DNA of 61,571 nt from Sarea resinae (taxonomy: Eukaryota). The stretch covers positions 1 to 61,571 of the forward strand of contig JAPEUD010000105.1 in NCBI GenBank assembly GCA_026026165.1. Reading direction: 5' to 3'. The position numbers and the translations under genes were made by a program. The notes under the pieces were generated by a model. That model was not told the DNA's origin, did no database searches, and saw nothing but the letters and a program-made list of their open reading frames with translations. Shown here piece by piece: positions 11,916-24,987 of this stretch; within the stretch, counting starts at the first letter, position 1, and every line of letters begins with the position of its first letter.

Positions 11916-13391
11916 ATGGCTACCCAGTCCTCAGCAAACGACCAGCGCACGCCGCAAGATATACAGTCCTCGCAAAGCCTGGTATTGGATCTGCCGCCAA
12001 GCTGTCTTGAATTCTGTCCTGCTGATCCCAGATACTTTGTCGTGGGCACTTATTACCTTGAGAACCCGGAAGGAGCCAGTAAAGTCGCGGAAGACTTGGC
12101 CGAAAATGGAGACAAGACATCACATCCAGAGAAGAAGCCTCAGCACCGGCGCGGAAGCCTGGTTCTGTTTCGACTGCAGGATGATCAGATGTGAGAGACA
12201 CTTTTTTTTTGCACCTTACTCCTTTTGCACTGTTCCCCAGATTGGCAAAACAAGAAAACCCCTGAGACGTTCCGGTTTTTCCATACCCCTGATCAATATT
12301 GGCGACGTTGTTTGCAAGAAACGGCTTTGAGACGACCTTCGGGGAGCTCGGATCCGCTAGAAAGACTTTGACTTGGTGCATTATCTATCTGCGTCCCTCG
12401 AGAGAAAGCGGAAACTGGCTAGGAATAGGTCCTGACCTAGACCAGGATCCTCGTTGATACAGTGCACACTTCATCCGCAGTGCTCGACCTTCATTTCTCT
12501 CCGCACCAGCCATCGCTACTAGCGATCGGAACCAGCACCAGCTCAATATCTCTGTACGAACTCAAAAGCACAGCGGAATCAGCAGCTCTCGTCCACATTA
12601 AAACTATGCAGAGCTTTCCCACATCTCTGCTCGTCTTGGCTCTGGCTTTCCATCCAGTATACCCAGACGTCGTAGGGGCATCACTCTCCAATGGCGAAAT
12701 TGCCTTTGTACGACTGGAAAGTTCACAATCACTTAGCACTACTTCTGGTGAGCCTGCGTATGAAGATTTTACGCCCCACTCGCTCGAAGCGTGGACTCTC
12801 GCATTCTCCCGAGATGGCCGTGCAGTCTTTTCCGGGGGCGACGATTCTATCTTGAACTTCAAAGAGCTCGCAGGTGAAGACGGGTCGGAAATAACGGGGT
12901 CTACGTGGAGTGACAGGAAGACCCACGGAGCAGGTGTGACTGCAATACTTCCACTCCCAACAACCCGGACGGCTAGTAAAGAAATCTTGCTTACGGGCAG
13001 CTATGATGACCATGTGAGGGTGTATGATACTGGAAAGGGACCAGGCCGTCCGGCTCAATGTGTCGTGGCCGAGATGAATTTGGGCGGCGGAGTTTGGAGA
13101 CTGAAATTGTTGAGAGACTATTCAGAGCAGCAGACTGGATTGACAAGAGTGCGAGTGTTGGCCAGCTGCATGCACGCTGGGGTCAGGATCTTAGAGGTGT
13201 CACAGCACACGGACGAGAGCTGGACGATCGAGGTGCTTGCAAGGTTCGAGGAGCATGAGAGTATGAACTACGGAAGCGATGTTCAGCCTCCGTTGCCAGG
13301 AGTTAAAGCGGATGATCAAGCGATAACTTGCGTCACTTCAAGTTTCTATGATCGGCTGCTTTGCTTGTGGAAGTATGAAGATGAGCAGTGA
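11916..13391 (+). CDS. DPH7: Diphthamide biosynthesis WD40 protein (diphthine methylesterase); intron 12191-12445
   Basis: LDLPPSCLEFCP...FVVGTYYL, HSLEAW, SGGDD, HGAGVTAI, LLTGSYDD, LGGGVWRLK, ASCMHAG, HESMNYGSD, SFYDRLLCLW. Confidence 0.9.
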
Positions 13392-13626
13392 TCCCCCTCC
13401 CAACTCACCGAAGGGAAGCCTATTATCTACCGAAAAGATTATCACCTATATCAAAAGCCATCCTGCTGAGATACTCTGAACGCCTGAATCCGTCTCTCTA
13501 GGCCTTTGGCTTGATGGTGCAATATACAAAGGAAGACAGGAGCTGAAAAGGGGGGAATCTAAAACATCATATCGCCCGATATCTCATCAACTGAATAATC
13601 ACCTCAAACGAATAAAGCCACTCAGC

Positions 13627-14686
13627 CTATCTAGCATCGACTTCTTTCAGCTCCGCCTCACACTCTCGCCGAATATCATCAACGCCTTTTGTCCCCTCCC
13701 ACTTATCCAGCAGCAGCTTCACATCCTCCCACTCTCGCTCGGCATCCTCCCTTCTTCCTTCTCCGACAAGCTTCCTCAACCTGAAAGGGGTATTCAAGAC
13801 CCACCGCACTGTCTCACGCTGCTTCTTCTGCTCGTCCTCGGCCGCCGATGGCTCCGGAGTCTTAGTCACTGTAGGTGAAGCGGGTAGATGCTCTTGCAAC
13901 GAGGTTGCTAGCGTGGCCGATACCTCGGCGATGTGTGATATAGCAGGCGTCAGGGTGGCGGTGGTCGGGGTCAGAGGATCCATATTCGTGCGCATCTGCA
14001 CGATAGCACGAGCGGTGTCAACTGTGCTGTCTCTTGGAGAGGAAGAAAAGTAGAGACGAAGGGGGAGCAGTATCTATCGTATTACCTTGCGAATCGTATC
14101 CGTAGCCGCGATCAACTTCGAATAATTATCATAGACCAACGCCTTCCTCTCCCCATCTAATGCCTTGATCTCTGCCCAGCCCAAGAAAAACCCACGGATT
14201 AGCAACGCCGTACAGCGTCCACGGCAGAAATCAGCCGCGCTCATGCCCCTCATAGCGCGCACGCACGCACGCACGCACGCACGCCCTCACTCACTCACCA
14301 TTAACCAAGGCCCCCTCCACCCTCAACACGCCCTCCAATCCCTCACGTCCAAGCACACCCCTCACATACGCCTCGACATCGAACCCCTCGGCATCGAGCT
14401 CGCTCTCCCGAACCACCTGCACGTCCTCGCCATCGCCCAAGCCCCTGGCCCCAGCGCCGCCGCCACCGCCGCCGCCGCCGTCCGAAGCCTTCAAGTTATA
14501 AAACTCCCTCAGCGCCGCGCGATTGCGCCGCTGTTTGGCGGCCGGGGGCCGCGACGGCGACGTCGCCTGCGAGCGCGAGGTCGTGTCGAGGGAAGTGCGG
14601 CGCGAGGATGCGGCCGTCGAGGCGGTCGGGGATGGGGGCACGACTATGCGCGGTGGAGGCGGGGAGGACGGGAGCGTCGCCGCCAT
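13627..14686 (-). CDS. VPS51: GARP complex subunit Vps51; introns 14172-14298 and 13996-14085
   Basis: RRNRAALREFYNL...SELD...FD...YV...EIKALDGERKALVYDNYSKLIAATDTIRK/MRTNMDPL, the Vps51 signature. Confidence 0.92.
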
Positions 14687-15315
14687 GTTGATGTGCTGTT
14701 GTTCTTTTTCCCCCTCTTGCTGAGCACTTTGTGTTGGGCAGGCGGTTCTTTGGGTGTTGCTGGAGCTTGCTCTGAAGCCGGAGAGCTGGAGCTCGAGATT
14801 ATGGATCCATCCAACCTGGCTGGGAAAGGTAGCTTTGCCGAGCGAGCGAGCGAGCGAGCGTGGGGGGGGGATGCGCGTGCGCGCGCGCGCGAGGTGTTTA
14901 GGCGCGGGAAATCTTATCTGTAGGCTTTGATCGGTCTGGCCATCGATCGATTTTAGAGCACTTACCCTGAGTGTTTGACAGACTGAGAAGAAAAGGGTGC
15001 CGCTATCGCACTCAATATTCAATCTCTTGAATTCGGAAAAATCTATCAGTCCGTCTCAAGGGGGCCGTTTTCTATTCTTGTTATCAGGCTAGATAGATGC
15101 TATGGTTTGCTCCGAGACCCAAAGGCGGCCTGCCTGAAACCAGCACGTAAAGGGCATACAGAGAATGGGCCTTGGGAGAGCGCGACTCACGAACATAACC
15201 TGGAATCGACAGCGACAACCCGGCGTCGAGAAACGGTATCTGTAGTCAAGCCAGGCCACGACAAGACTCGAGTCTGAGACTTAAGATACAGCTACAACCT
15301 CCCCCAGATGCAATC

Positions 15316-16104
15316 ATGCCCGCGGCCACGCCCCCCAACTACCACGAAGTCCTCGCCCATCTAGCCGCCAAGCAACTCACGCCCTCGCCCGCCTGGCTCT
15401 CCAACCTCCTCGCCGCGCAACGGCCCACGACGCCTCTGGCGGCCCTGCAAAAGACGGCCGTCTTCCGGCTCCTGGCCTCCGACATCACGACCTCGCTCTG
15501 CGCCACCCCAACAGGCACCGGCACCGGCACCGGCACAAGCACAGGCGCAGGCCAGACGCCATCGGTCTTCCCGCCAGACATCCACAACGCCGAGATCGCC
15601 CCGCGCCGACTGAAGGGCCCCATAGCGGTGCAGGTGCTGGACGTCGAGGACGTGGGCAAGAGCCGCTGGGCGCAGGTGGAGGCGATCGAGGCGCTGGAAA
15701 GGGGCGAGGGCACGCGGGGGCGGAAGATCGTGCGGATCGTCGACGAGGCCGACGGCGGGCCGCCGCCGCCTGAGAACGGCAGTCGTCCGGGCAATGGCGC
15801 CGCCGCGGCGGTCGCTGCAGCAGCAGCAGGCGCCGGGCCGCATAAGCTCCTCCTGCAGGACTGCGCCGGCGTGAGAGTCTACGCTTTCGAGCTCGGGCCC
15901 GTGCCTGGTGTGGGCGTGGCCATGAATATCGGGACCAAGATGTTGCTGCGGGATGTCGAGGTTGCGAGAGGGTTGGTGCTGTTGAAGCCGGCAAGTGTGG
16001 TGCTGCTTGGTGGGAAGATCGAGGCATTGCACGTGCAGTGGAGGGATGGGAGGAAAGAGGCCTTGATGAGGGCGGTGCAGAGTGAAAGGAGTGATGGCGA
16101 CTGA
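15316..16104 (+). CDS. RMI1: RecQ-mediated genome instability protein 1 (OB fold), intronless
   Basis: FRLLASD, L.GP..VQVLDVEDVG.S, HKLLLQD..G..VYAFEL, IGTK.LL....VARG.VLL.P..V.LLGGK. Confidence 0.88.
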   Translation: MPAATPPNYHEVLAHLAAKQLTPSPAWLSNLLAAQRPTTPLAALQKTAVFRLLASDITTSLCATPTGTGTGTGTSTGAGQTPSVFPPDIHNAEIAPRRLKGPIAVQVLDVEDVGKSRWAQVEAIEALERGEGTRGRKIVRIVDEADGGPPPPENGSRPGNGAAAAVAAAAAGAGPHKLLLQDCAGVRVYAFELGPVPGVGVAMNIGTKMLLRDVEVARGLVLLKPASVVLLGGKIEALHVQWRDGRKEALMRAVQSERSDGD

Positions 16105-16408
16105 GGGAGAGCCGTCGGGGCAAATGGTACGGGAGATATCGACGGGAAACCCGCTGGGAACGGGTGAAAAGAACTCGGCTTGTCTCTGCGACATGTTCTG
16201 ATTCTACAAGGACATCCTCTCAGGGGCTTACTTGAATGCCAGTCTTCTGACCTGATATCATAGCGAGCATCCCCATTCAATTGTTCGTCTTCATAAATCA
16301 CCAAACCAGGAGCATTCTAATCTCTCAGTCGAGGCTTTCTACCTTACACCAAACATAATGCCCGCACCTGACCTGATGAACGCTCGGAAATATCTACGCC
16401 AAACGATC

Positions 16409-19400
16409 TCATTTCAGAGCCGTTTCCAACCCTTCCCAACCCTCCCGAACCCAAGGTGCCGTCATGATACTCCTTTGCGCATCTCCCGCATGCTTGGTAC
16501 CAGCAAACGCCTTCGCAAGATCCTCGGCGTCGAGCGATCCACCAGGAGGGATCGCATGTGCTGCTGTCTTGAGCGCCATCTCCGCCGGATACGTGTCTTC
16601 GGTCAAATTGGCCAACTCACTCCATACGTGTGGTTGCCAAGGCGATAGAAGAATAGACGTTGCAACTTCAGTCGTGGTCTCGAGTCTAGGAGACTCGTCT
16701 TGAGCGGAGAGTGTAGAAATTGCCACGAGTAACTTCCCAATCCTACGCTGTTGCTCGTCGTGAAGAGTGTCATCTGAAGCAAGAGTGCGCAAGTCATCAG
16801 CGACGGCATCAACTGTACCTGTATCACCATCGAGAATCGCAATAACTCCCAATAATTCAGTCGCATTGACGTGGCCAGGATTATTCTCTATGCAGTCGAA
16901 TAGTTGTTCTTTGGCGACATCTCTCTCCTGCTCCCCGCCTTTGGCCCACAATACCTGTGCTAGCAGACAGACAACATCAGGGGATCCGTTGCTCTCTTCG
17001 AGAGCAGAGCGAAACATGCCGAGAGCCTGATCCATATCATTGAGGAAATAACGGGCTAGTCCAGCTGTCATTTGCGCAGACAATCGACATTTTCGACGAG
17101 GCTGTGGCTCAAGGCCGCTTGACTCCTCGTCCGAAGAGAGGTCTAACGATGTCTCAGCACTCTCGGCAGCGGAAGCATAGTCACGGACGGCCAGCTGTGA
17201 TCGTGCGAGATCAGCCTTTGCTTTTGCAAAGCGAGCAAGTGAGGATGGAGCCTCCGAGACCTCATACTCGGCTTCAACAGTGGTACAGATGGTTGTAAGG
17301 CGAGAAATTGCGGTGGCATAGTCACCAATGCGCTCGAGATACAGTGCTGCGAGATGGTGATATGGCAAAGCGCTTGGGCATTGTGAATGAAGTTGATGTA
17401 GGGCGAAGATTGGCTGGATCATGCTGTTGATGCTAGTCGCAGCGGCAGGAGAATCTAGAAGATGATCGAAGGTGGACAGTGCATACTGGCGTTTAATGAG
17501 GAAAGACGCAGAGTCTGCTATTTCAAAAGCGTGGGTGAAGAGAAGCTGAGCCTCCTTGGGATCACCCAGCATCAGGGCTAGGCTTCCTTGCCCAACCCAT
17601 GCTTGGGCGTAGTCAGGGTCTGTCGACTGAGCGCGCGTCAATGCATCATTGGCTAATTGATAGTCATCCTCGAGGAGATAAAGAGTCCCGAGATTTGTCC
17701 AGACCCTCGCGCTCCTTTCATTCAGATGCAGACTCCGAACAAAGGAATGCTGAGCGACTTTGGGATTCAGCTGAGTTGTTGCAATACCCAAGGCATTCCA
17801 GAACTCCGCGTTACCAGATTCGAGCTCAATAGCTCGTTTGAAACAGCGCATAGCTGCTTTCAGGTACTTTGAGGGCTTGTTGGATTTATTCGATTCTTGG
17901 ACGAGGCAGCTGTGGGCACGTTGTTCAGTCCAGCCAAGATTGTACCATGCCACGGCCTGTGCGTGGATATCACTTGCGGATGTATATATTGCACGCTTTT
18001 GCGCTAGAATGGCGGCGTGCAAGCAGTCGGCAGCCACTGAGGGGTCCATTGAGTCAGTCGAAGGTCCGAGAGATGCAAGGATATCTCTTCCAACGCCATC
18101 AACCTCTACCAAAAGATCGTACTCTTGCGTATCTATACCAGTTTCCAAAAGCTGTTTAATATCTCTTCGAGAAAACGAGACCATGTGAGACTGTACCCAT
18201 GACCATATTGAGCAAGCATCACCGACGGCTTTCCATAGGTTGAAGGCAGCGGGTGTGTCCTCGGCAATTACTCTGGCACTCTGAATAGCTCGTCTTGCAC
18301 TTTCTGCAGCTTTACCGAAGAAGCCTAATTCAACATTCCGCCAAGCTGTTTCAACAAGGGTCTGGAGTAGGGCAACAGAGACGCCAAATTCCCGAGAACG
18401 TAGATCGAGTACAGCCTGGTAATCTTCAACGGCTTCGTCATAATCCCCTAATTCCCTCTTCACGTTTGCCAGCATATACTTGGCAAACCAGGTTTCTCCA
18501 GCTTTAGTTCTCTCCACATCCTCTTCCAGCTTTTCTGCCTGTTGAAATGCTTTGGTCGCTGCAATGTACCGACCCGAATTGTGATAGCTCTCCCCGAGAC
18601 CGACCCATGAATGATAGTCCTCTGGTGAAATCCGCAAGGCAGATTGAAAAGAAATCACACTCTTCGCGTAATCCTGTTTGTTCATGTGGACCACGCCCAA
18701 AGCGGCAAATGGCCAACTCAACCCCTTTTTCCGAGATCCTGGCGGGGGCCTGACCTTTCCTGACTCGACGGCTCGCTGGGCTACAACTTCCACGAGGTCC
18801 CAGTCTCCTTGGTTAGCAAAAGCACGAGCTAGTCTTTCTGCTGCTTCGATCTCGGATGGTGATAATTCAAATGCCTTTTGAAAGCACTTCCGTGCTCGCT
18901 TTCTGTCCTTCGCATAGTCGGCGTAATAGATTCCAAGGGCCGTATAAGCAGGGGAATAATTGAGATTGGCCTGTAGAGCTGCTAGAAAACGAGCGTAGGC
19001 ACCTTTCCGGTCTTTACGAGACGCTTTGGAAGGATCAAGGTTCCAGAGACACATTCCCACGCGGTAGAGCGTTTGCGCCTTGAGATCCTTGGAACGAGGA
19101 TCAGATCCACTCATGTCATGAAGACAGGCTTCTAATTCTTCCAAGGCGATCTCGAGCTTTCCACTGAGAGCTTTGCACCAAGCCGACTCTGATCGTACTC
19201 TTGCGTTCTGTGGATCGCGCTCAAGCGCTCGGCTCAGGAAATCTATAGCACCAGCGAAGTCCTCCTGTTCCTCGAGTATTAGACCGACACCGATTAATGC
19301 AGAAGTGAAAGTCGGTTTGCGCTTCAAGACAGCATCGAATAAGGACTTCGCTTCCGGATGATTTTTTGGCGCTTGGTACTGTATGAGCGCAGTCGCTAAG

Positions 19401-20861
19401 GTGATATCGACGGCATCATTGTTGCTGTTATAGGTCAGTACCGTTACAAAGCATCGTCATGGCGAACGGATAATACTTTTCAAACTTCAGTCCCGAAAGC
19501 TGAGCTTCAGTCTTCAGGAGCTTTCGTGCTTTCCTGCTTGATTCGACGGCACTCTCGTGCTCTTCGAGGTAAAGGTAATACTCGGCCATAAGTCGATGCG
19601 CCAGAGCTGAAGAAGGGCTCTCTCCAATACCATCCTGTAAGCCATTAGTACATAGCCCTCAAGGAACATTTGTAGACCTACTGTCATCAAAATAAGGCGG
19701 TCTTCTGTGCTGATTGTAGTGTCTTCATCCGCCGTATCTTTCTCCGACCCTGCCTGCTCGTTTCCAACTGGTGAAGGCGGAAAAGGCGATATCTCGCTGC
19801 TAATGTATCCCCTGAGAACCTTTCCAAGACCGTCGGTGGGGAAGAGTTGGATGTATTCGTTCAGGACGCCCCGGTCCCAAGCCTGAAGTGAATCGTCGTC
19901 CTTCCATTCGAGAGCAATTTTCCAAGCTAATGCGAAAGGATGCTTGAGAACAACCAGCCCATGCGCCAACTTCTCAACGGCAATTCTCTTCTCCTTCTTC
20001 TTCTCGAGTGGAGATACCACGAGAGATTCATATGCTCGGACGAGGAGCTTCTCTTCGTACTCGCGACGCACCTCGTCTTCATCAGACCAGTCAATGATGC
20101 TTTGATAAATGTTCTCTAACTCGCTCTCAGAGAACACCTCACGCTTAACCTCTGCAGTCACTCGATCGATTTTCGCACCCAGTCGGGTCCGACGTTCCCC
20201 AATCAATTTGTTGATCCGTTCCTTCTCATCTGCCTCTTTGAGCCCAGCGAGCTTTTTGAAAGTGTAGGATGGATGTGGGAGTCGACCCTCGAGGAAATCG
20301 TAAATGGTGCTTGTGGGTAATATTACTTTCAAGGCCTGCTCATATTGGAGCCGACTGCCGTGAGCTTTTGCGAATAGCGTCAGCTTGTCGATGACGCTCT
20401 GACAACGGAACTGGTCGTCTCTACACCCTTGCCATGGTTAGTCGGTCACAGAGACACTATCAGTTCTGTTCTGGAGCATACGCCTTCATATAAATTTCGG
20501 CCAGACGCACAGCGGCCTGTCTATAATCGTCCACATTCTTTACCGTCTGGTTTTCATACAAGTTCACCAACCCTTGCCATGCCAATGCATCGTTGTCCTT
20601 GATCTTGGTTGCTGCATCGTATGCTTTAATTGCTTCCTCAAAGTTACCTTGCTTGTCTAGAGCCAGGCCGAGGAAGACATTCCTGGAGAAAAAAGTCGAG
20701 TCAGAAGCCCTGTAGGGTTTGCAGAGAACGATCAGGGCTTACGCATGGTAGTTTCGAGGGTCTGATGCTAGCACCTGATTGGCCTGCGTAACGGCCTCAT
20801 CATAGTTTTGGCTATCCAAAGCAGCTTTTGCGGCCTTCAAGGCAGATTTGATGCTCGACAT
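16409..20861 (-). CDS. SKI3: Superkiller complex TPR protein Ski3; introns 20683-20742, 20421-20481, 19635-19681, 19425-19476
   Basis: Starts MSSIKSALKAAKAAL...NYHA/NVFLGLA. Long TPR array with AYTALGIYY, RA.KCFQKAFEL, FQSALR..P.D..SWVGLGESY..SGRY.AA, K.AQHSF..SL. Confidence 0.93.
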
Positions 20862-21679
20862 GGCTGGCTAGATGAGCTTCAACCGCGAATTGGCGCAGGA
20901 CTAGTGCTTCGGCGTCCTCATAGCTTCGACGTGCAAGCAGACAAGTGCTACAGCTTAATGAATGACAGAGTGAAGACTGCCCTCGGACTGCTCTACGATG
21001 ACTGATGTCAGTCCCGGGGAATCATGGCCGCGGGCTTATGAAGTAGTGGCAATTGGCGAGTAGATCGCCCTGATGCAGATAAGATCAGATCTAGCTGGAG
21101 GGATCTCGGCTTCCAGTGATGCCCTGGATGACGGTGGCCACCTGGGGCAATCTGCCCAGGGACTTGCTCGGCCGGTATCTTTGCGCGTATCAGTGGTCCT
21201 CCGAGTACTTATTATCGATGTAGGGCCATCAGAGGCGTCATCCAAGCAAGCAAGTATCCATGCAAGTTCCTCAGCAATCACGAGCACCATGCGTACTCCT
21301 ACTAACTGTATCTCTACCTCCCTCCTATCCCAATTGCAACGACATCCATACCGTATCCTATCCTCTAAATTGAATCGGAAAGCTGCCGTGGCGACCTACC
21401 TATAATCGACACCACCGAGAGCGAACCTACCTTGATCTCACCTGCTTGACCCTCATCCATGCTCCGTCGGCTGTCAGGCGAGCTGCGCATACTGTATTGA
21501 TCCGTTTGAGCAGTAACGGGCCGCGCGGCGTGGCAGCTCGTGAGGATCTTCTAATTTCCAGTCAGTCCTCAAGTCCATTCCTCTTAGCTGCCGAAGCCTG
21601 CCTCTGGAGCGACTCAGGCTCGTCGATTGTATCGCGATGCTAACCCCTGCCAACAGCGTTCGATCAGAGCTGAACCAAA

Positions 21680-24152
21680 ATGAGTTCCCTTCGATTGAGA
21701 ATTGATGGGAAGACCTTCCGTGACACCCAAAACAGAGAAGTGACTTTACGGGGTATTAATGTGGCTGGCGACTCCAAATTTCCCAGTCGCCCTGATCAGC
21801 CGTCTTATATCTCCGATGACTTCTTCGAGGGCGATGATGTGTCGTTTACCGGACGGCCTTTCACCCTCGAGGAAGCTCATACGCACTTTGCACGACTAAA
21901 ACGATGGGGATATAATACCATTAGGTACATCTTCACCTGGGAAGCCATTGAGCATTCGGGGCCAGGGAAATACGACGAGGACTGGATTAAGCATACCATA
22001 TCCGTTCTGAGGTTGGCAAAGGAGTATGGATTCTACATCTTCATGGACCCTCACCAAGACGTGGTATGTTAAGTCTGTCCCATGGAGTATGATATTTCTA
22101 ACCTCTGATCACAATCTGTAGTGGTCTAGATTTACTGGCGGCTCAGGAGCCCCTATGTGGACACTTTACGCAGTAGGCCTCGATCCGAAAGCCTTCGACG
22201 CTACAGAGGCCTCCCTTGTCCATAACACCTACCCAGAGCCTGCCGATTTTCCGAAGATGATATGGGCTACCAATTATACACGCTTAGCATGCCAGCTCAT
22301 CTTCACGCTCTTTTTCGCTGGTAAAGACTTCGCGCCAAAAGCAATCATCGATGGTCAGAACATTCAAGATTATCTCCAGGATCACTTCGTTGGGGCATGC
22401 AGACATCTTGCTCAAAGAATACACGAAGCTGGGGATCTGGAGAACGAGCTTGTTATCGGTTGGGAAAGCATGAATGAGCCGAACAGGGGCTTGATAGGGT
22501 GGCCCGACCTGGCAACAATCCCTTCGGAGCAGAAGTTACAAAAGGGGACCTCACCAACGGCATGGCAGGCAATATTAACCGGCTCTGGGAGATCCTGCGA
22601 AGTCGATACGTGGGATTTTGGAGGCCTTGGGCCCTACAAGTCTGGAAGAGTACTAGTCGATCCGAAGGGTCGTAAGGCCTGGCTTTCTTCGCATGATCAT
22701 GACTCGAAATACGGATGGCACCGAGATCCTGGCTGGAAATTGGGCGAGTGTCTCTGGGCACAGCATGGTATATGGGACCCTTCAAACGACGTACTTCTCA
22801 AGCCGAACTACTTCTCAAAACAGCCAAAGTCGGGGAAGAAGCTAGATTACGAATATTTCACAAACCACTACTGGATGGAATACTACAGGAAGCATCGGGA
22901 CGCCATCAGGAGTGTTCATTCAAATGCAATCATGTTTTGCCAAGCCCCTATATTCGAGATACCCCCATCACTAAAAGGAACGGAAGATGATGATCCAAAT
23001 ATGGTATATGCAGCCCATTTCTATGATGGAGTCACGTTAATTACAAAGAAATGGTAAGCTTTCGAAACCTACCTTGGGGTTTTCTACGCTGTATGACCCT
23101 GACTCGCGAATTAGGAACCGGTTTTGGAACGTTGACGTTTTCGGACTGTTACGTGGGCGATATCTTGGGCCCCCTTTCGCCATTAAGGTGGGCGAAACGG
23201 CGATCAGGAATTGCTTTCGGGACCAGCTGGCTGCAATGCGGCAAGAAGGGATTGATTACATGGGAGACCATCCTTGTGTATTTACAGAGATTGGCATTCC
23301 GTACGACATGGATGACAAATATGCATACAGAACAGGTGATTATACAAGTCAGACTTTGGCCATGGACGCAAACCACTTTGCGGTGGAGGGCAGTAAGGTC
23401 AATGGTTTTACTCTGTGGGTGTATACGGCCAAGGTAGGGCTATTCCCGTTACCACTATGGAGTCGACAATCTGCTTACGCGCTGACCTATAGAATGTTCA
23501 TCAATGGGGAGACCTGTGGAACGGAGAAGACCTTTCCATCTTCTCTTTGGACGATCGACTCTTACCGTTGTCTCCTTCATCTGCTTCTGGTGATGACGCC
23601 TCACTCCGCTCTTCTGATCGCAATTCTCCGGTCTTTTCTCAAAGTCGCTCCTCCGATTCGTCAAATGTGAATCCCACCAACGTAAAGGAGACTCTATCAA
23701 CATCTCCTATGTCCCCGGAGGCTTCCAAAGCAACATCTGAGCTGGAAGACAACCCCGGCTTCCGGGCAGCGGAAGCTTTTGTTCGCCCAAGCGCTGTTGC
23801 GACCGCAGGCAAACTCAAATCGTACGGTTTCGACCTTAGAAATTGCAAATTCAGTCTATCCTTGTCGGCACCGTCAGCCACGAAAGAGGACGCGCCAACA
23901 GAAATATTCTTACCCGAATTTCATTTTCCGCGCGACAGGTCCGATATTGAAGTCAGCAACGGCCATTGGACAATCAGCCTCGATGATGCAGATGGTTCTC
24001 CGTTGCAGACACTCAGATGGTGGCATGGTGAGGGGGACCAAACTATCAACATCAAGGGCGTGCAAAGACGTCAAGGGATATCGCTTGGGAAAGAAGAAGA
24101 GGAAGAAGGTTATTTGGACCAGTGTCAGCGCAGCAGATGCGCAATCATGTGA
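21680..24152 (+). CDS. GH5 endoglycoceramidase-related protein (steryl/glucosylceramide beta-glucosidase, EGH1/EGCrP type); introns about 22064-22120, 23054-23114, 23434-23491
   Basis: LRGINVAG..K.P, SF.GRPF.LEEA..HF.RL, TWEA.EH.GPG.YD, DPHQDV/WSRF.GGSGAP.W, acid/base NEP, nucleophile region TEIGIP. Confidence 0.9.
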
Positions 24153-24294
24153 GGAATTGGACTGGAAACGCGGGTTTTCATTGATGTTTTGTCAAGGCGT
24201 AATACTCTTGCATCTAGCTGCGGGCTGGTAGGCAGCCGGTCCTCCCGCCAGGGTCGAGACCAATTTACATTAGCTAAAACTTCATAGACACAAA

Positions 24295-24882
24295 TCAGAC
24301 AAGCAACATATCCAGGAGAACTAAGTATGCCCGGCCGAGGCGGGCGACAGAGCTTTGAAGTAAATCTATTTCCTCCGGTAGCGCTATTTGGTCAAGCGTC
24401 TGTCCAGTTTGGACCATCTTCTCTAGTACCAGCTGGAGGTCCTCGACATCACGGTTCTCCATGCGGTCACGGACAGCGTAAGCTTTCATCATTAAAAGCT
24501 CAGCGAGTCCTGGCCGCATTATGCCATGTAGTGCGGGCTCTGCAGACTTAATCGTTGGGACAATATCAGTCCCAATGTGCAGAAATTCAACACCGACTGA
24601 TATGTCGGCCGCCGCGTTGCTGGTGCACTTGAAGATCCAGCCGCCACCGCCGTCTGGCGAAAATCGACCATCTTGGGCGACAGAATTATGGAACGCGTGC
24701 AAAGCCTCTGGAGATATGGCAATGTCTACATCCTCTGTGTGCCTATCTCCGCCGATCGTGAGCATGGCAATCCCGCCGAGAAGGAAGCACTCTCGCTTTA
24801 GAGCGTCTGGCATCAGGTGGGCAATCGCCTCGAGGGTCTCCATCAGGGCCGCTCTCATTCCAGGCCCGATGGCGATGGTCAT
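24295..24882 (-). CDS. Predicted Pol-beta-superfamily nucleotidyltransferase, AbiEii/DUF1814-like (195 aa from ATG 24882), intronless
   Basis: FLLGGIAM-x6-RHTEDVDIAI (GG...R.T.DhD), a third acidic residue in VEFL, and C-terminal LLMMKAYAVRDR...RDVEDL (K..A...R...RD..D). Confidence 0.7.
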   Translation of the reverse strand: MTIAIGPGMRAALMETLEAIAHLMPDALKRECFLLGGIAMLTIGGDRHTEDVDIAISPEALHAFHNSVAQDGRFSPDGGGGWIFKCTSNAAADISVGVEFLHIGTDIVPTIKSAEPALHGIMRPGLAELLMMKAYAVRDRMENRDVEDLQLVLEKMVQTGQTLDQIALPEEIDLLQSSVARLGRAYLVLLDMLLV

Positions 24883-24948
24883 GTTCGCGATTATTTTTGG
24901 CAATGGTTCGGTAAGAAGGATTTGATAATTTCAGCAGTGATAATGGCA

Positions 24949-24987
24949 GCAAAGAGGTTTACAGAAGTGCAAAGAGGTTTACAGAAG
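24949..24987. repeat. Perfect direct repeat GCAAAGAGGTTTACAGAAG x2 (20-nt period)
   Basis: Copies at 24949-24967 and 24969-24987. Confidence 0.9.

Noticed and set aside
15339..16304. Several long antisense ORFs over RMI1
   Set aside because: GC-rich shadow frames; the plus strand carries the recognisable Rmi1 motifs.
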